A DNA stretch of 64,000 bases from Phoronis australis (lineage: Eukaryota > Animalia > Phoronida): NCBI GenBank assembly GCA_002633005.1, contig NMRA01000266.1:453925-517924 (forward strand), in the 5' to 3' direction. A program made the position numbers and the translations under genes. Within the stretch, counting starts at the first letter, position 1. Each line of letters opens with the position of its first letter. Below the pieces are notes generated by a model that was given only the letters and a program-made list of their open reading frames with translations, did no database searches and had not been told where the DNA came from. Of this stretch, positions 60,929 to 64,000 are shown one piece after another.

Positions 60929-63379
60929 AATGTCGATCTTTACCCTCATATAACTTTCTGACAGGTGTGAGTATAAAAAGAACGTGCTTTTTGAGAACAA
61001 CAATACTGTAGGCTTCCAATTTAGAATTGGTCAGAGTGATGAAGGTAATCGAATGCTGTCGATAAGTCAATTAACAAACAACTTGCATGCATATTCTGAT
61101 CTAAAGCAGATATCGAGATTTCTGTGAGTCTCAGTAATTCACCTTAGCATAAATACCTCCCCCCCTGTTTGAAAATCACATAAATAGTTACTGATTACTT
61201 CATCAAAATGAACATTCAGTTATCTACAAATGAGTCTTTAAAACTTAATTTATCTGAGTAAGGACATTAACAGATCTGTTACAGCTTACATCCTGGAGCT
61301 TTTCTTGTTAAACAGTGTCGTAATTTGAATTTTTTAAAGAATAGATCTATACTTTGTGGACAATGCCATGCATGTCTTACAGAAATGTAGCCTGGATATC
61401 AACACCAGTTTTGTAAGACCGGATAAACTGCCAGTGTTATGACCTCTCGTGTGTACTTTTTATCTGCTTGATATTTTAACTGATCAGTTAGAGATCCTGT
61501 GTCTTTTATATTTAGGTCAAGTGGCAAGTACTAAGGCTTGAAACTCTTCCATTGATAGTTATTTTGAAAGTCAAGTCCACAGCTGGTGAACTCTAGGACA
61601 GTCCAAAGATAATGTTTGTAAATCAAATGTCTTGAATATCTAATTCCTATGTTATGGGCCGGTTTTCGAACCTGGTTTGCTCAAATTGTGTGGTAAAAAT
61701 TTCAGAGATGGAGGTTAACCCTAGTGCAACAGACTATGAGCACTCATGAGTGCAACTGTTGAAATTCTGTGTAGGTTGTTGAATTGAAATTAAGCAGTAG
61801 CCTGAACAGAGTGTGGTATTATTTACCTTCACATTGTAAAAATCTCTGCTTTGTCTAATAAAATGCAAGTACCTAAACCTACTACTGTGTGCATCACATT
61901 CAACTATTCTTGGCGCGATATATTTGAAAATATTTTCGATGACTCGATATTTCTGGTTATTAGCCTGCGTCTCAGGCATGTTAAATTTTTTGCTTATTTC
62001 AGAAACGCATTGTCCACTATAGTGAAAAGATGTCTAGGATTTGAAAATGTTTTCTCATCTGAAGATTCTGTATTTGAATATGGCAGGATTTGATGAGGAT
62101 TGAATGCTAGATGTCAAATTTAGCTTCGGAGTTTTATAAACTTGCACAAAATGTTGTTTGTGCTGCGAAAATGCCCTGTGCTTTCTTCTAGAAATCTGCT
62201 GTTTGCTGTACTTTTGACATTAAATTCCAATTGTATCAGCATTTTTTTCTTGATATAGAATTTGATGTAAAACAAAAATGTTAAAAAGAACTTCAAACAT
62301 AAAGTCAAGCTGGCCACTTTGAACATTACTGTGCTATGGACCCTGACCCAGTCTGTCATTTTTGCTGCACAACGATTAATCCTTTTGCATAAATTTGCCT
62401 AAACGTCCATTTGAAACACTCACAGTAATTAAAAAACGCTCGTTAAAGCATTATTTTCACACCATTACCCAGGTAGTGATTACAAGCAGGTGTTAAAAAG
62501 TAATTTTTAACCTCTGTCTGGGCATCAAGTGACCTATACCTTCTGAATAATCAGTGAATGAAAAATCTCAGTCCATGTCATAAAGTGCCAACTGTAATCA
62601 TTTCCATTCACGTGAACACCATTTTTATGTAGGGAGTCGTTTTTTGCATTGAATTTAAGTTTCTAAAAACGTCAGATTTGGGTGACTTCCTGTTTTTGAT
62701 TTTAGGATCTTGCTGGAGTTTTGAAGAGAATTGTGTGCAGTGTTTTATATTTGCCTCAAACAACTGAGGTATCAACCATCAAATTCTCTTTTAAAACATT
62801 GTCTATAAGTGTTCATTTTAATATCATCTTTGTTAAAAGAAAAATAAAATTCACCTTTTCCTTGTCCACGTACCATGAAAAGAGTGAAACTTATCAGCCG
62901 AATCAACCTAAACATTAAAGAGAAATCAATGTTTAAAATAGATAAGAGAGCATCAAAAATCAGAATGCCTGAAAAAGACTGATAATGATTTGCCAAGTAA
63001 TTGAAATCAGCTGAGGTCTCCCGAACCACTCACATGTTTGACAAAGAAATATTACGTTTAAAGAAATGCTATGAGAAGCAAGAAATTGACACACAGTATA
63101 TGAAGATTAAGTTTTTGCAAGAGACCCACGAGGTTTGTCAGTTATATGAATAATTGAAAAGCCGTGGTTTTGAAGGTTTTTAGAATCTGTAGAGGTTTGT
63201 ATATCTTTCTCTCAAAACAATTTGTCATTTTGATCTTTAATACTATAATTACAAATTTCATTTGGCACTGGCTGTGGTACAAATTCATGGTAACAGAGTG
63301 GCTTTATCTGCTAGTCACTTAGAACTGAAACTATTCAGTGAAGATCCCTTTGGAACCAAAGAACCGTACCTTGATATAG

Positions 63380-64000
63380 TATGTGTACAGCCATTTCGTC
63401 CATATCTCACGGACTTGATTCGCCACTGGGTGTGCCCTCTGTTGTTGTAGAATAAAACAATAAAAACACTAACAGGGATACTCCTTAATGCTGGGCGATT
63501 CCATAACAGGACTGAATGCACCGCTGGTAGATCAATTACAGGGTCTCTGTTAAGACTAGGTCTGTGGACTTGGATTTCAATTGCTTCTCGTATCCTGCGC
63601 TTCCACTTCTCTGGGTGCAGACTTAATATACTGAAGTCCTCCTCAGAGATCTGGTGATGTAGATCTCTGTCATGCTCTTGGACAGCAGTAATAGGCCTGA
63701 GGTTGAAGTTATGGTTGTCCTTAACTCTGGTCGATAACTGGCGACCCGTGTGTCCAATATAGTTTTCAGTACACTCACTACACTGTCGTGTATTCGTACA
63801 TCACCCCACGCCTCTCGAGGGGGGGATGACGGTTCTTTCACTGATGGCAGGATGGACGGAATAGTGTTAAACCGTTTGGGAAACATCTTGATGTTGTGTT
63901 TATGGTAGACGGGCTGATTTCTTTCGGAGATTCGTCTGACATAGGAAATACACACAGTGAAGTTGATGATCGCAGGATCAGCGGGTCGCCCTGACATGTT
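63380..64000 (-). mobile_element. Degenerate Penelope-like retroelement 3' end (RT C-terminal linker plus GIY-YIG endonuclease), frameshifted
   Basis: Across frameshifts near 63790-63820 the minus strand reads VCISYVRRISE...KHNIKMFPKRFNTIPSILPSVKE / GVMYEY / CSECTENYIGHTGRQLSTRVKD...AVQEH...HQISEEDFSIL...RRIREAIEIQVHRPSLNRD, the typical PLE GIY-YIG signature. Confidence 0.85.

Noticed and set aside
61030-61103. Box C/D snoRNA candidate (GTGATGA ... CTGA)
   Set aside because: Only a 3-bp terminal stem and no rRNA/snRNA complementarity that I could recognise.
63623-63997. Intact 124-aa host gene
   Set aside because: Only its first half is a real reading frame (PLE linker); homology then shifts frame into the GIY-YIG domain.

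Overview
This is AT-rich, intron-rich eukaryotic genomic DNA from an invertebrate animal; a lophotrochozoan is a plausible inference only. Four single-N gaps (20662, 25498, 37038, 49525) indicate a draft assembly. Gene order, read by hand from GT-AG junctions and frame continuity: (1) last three coding exons and 3'UTR of a RalGPS-type Ral GEF (+); (2) a complete 5-exon Ctr/SLC31 copper transporter (-, 158 aa); (3) ASPM/abnormal spindle (+, 25 coding exons, about 3,240 aa, about 59 IQ motifs), head-to-head with Ctr across a compact CCAAT/CHR-type promoter; (4) a probably secreted 8-EF-hand protein built from an internal duplication (-, about 246 aa); (5) the 5' part of an unidentified + strand gene that appears to have several alternative phase-2 first exons. 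Introns hold tRNA-derived SINEs with TSDs, several MITE families, minisatellites and a decayed Penelope-like element at the right edge. There are no CRISPR arrays, rRNA or true tRNA genes. Most short ORFs in the track are noise. No searches were run; family assignments come from recognised motifs.
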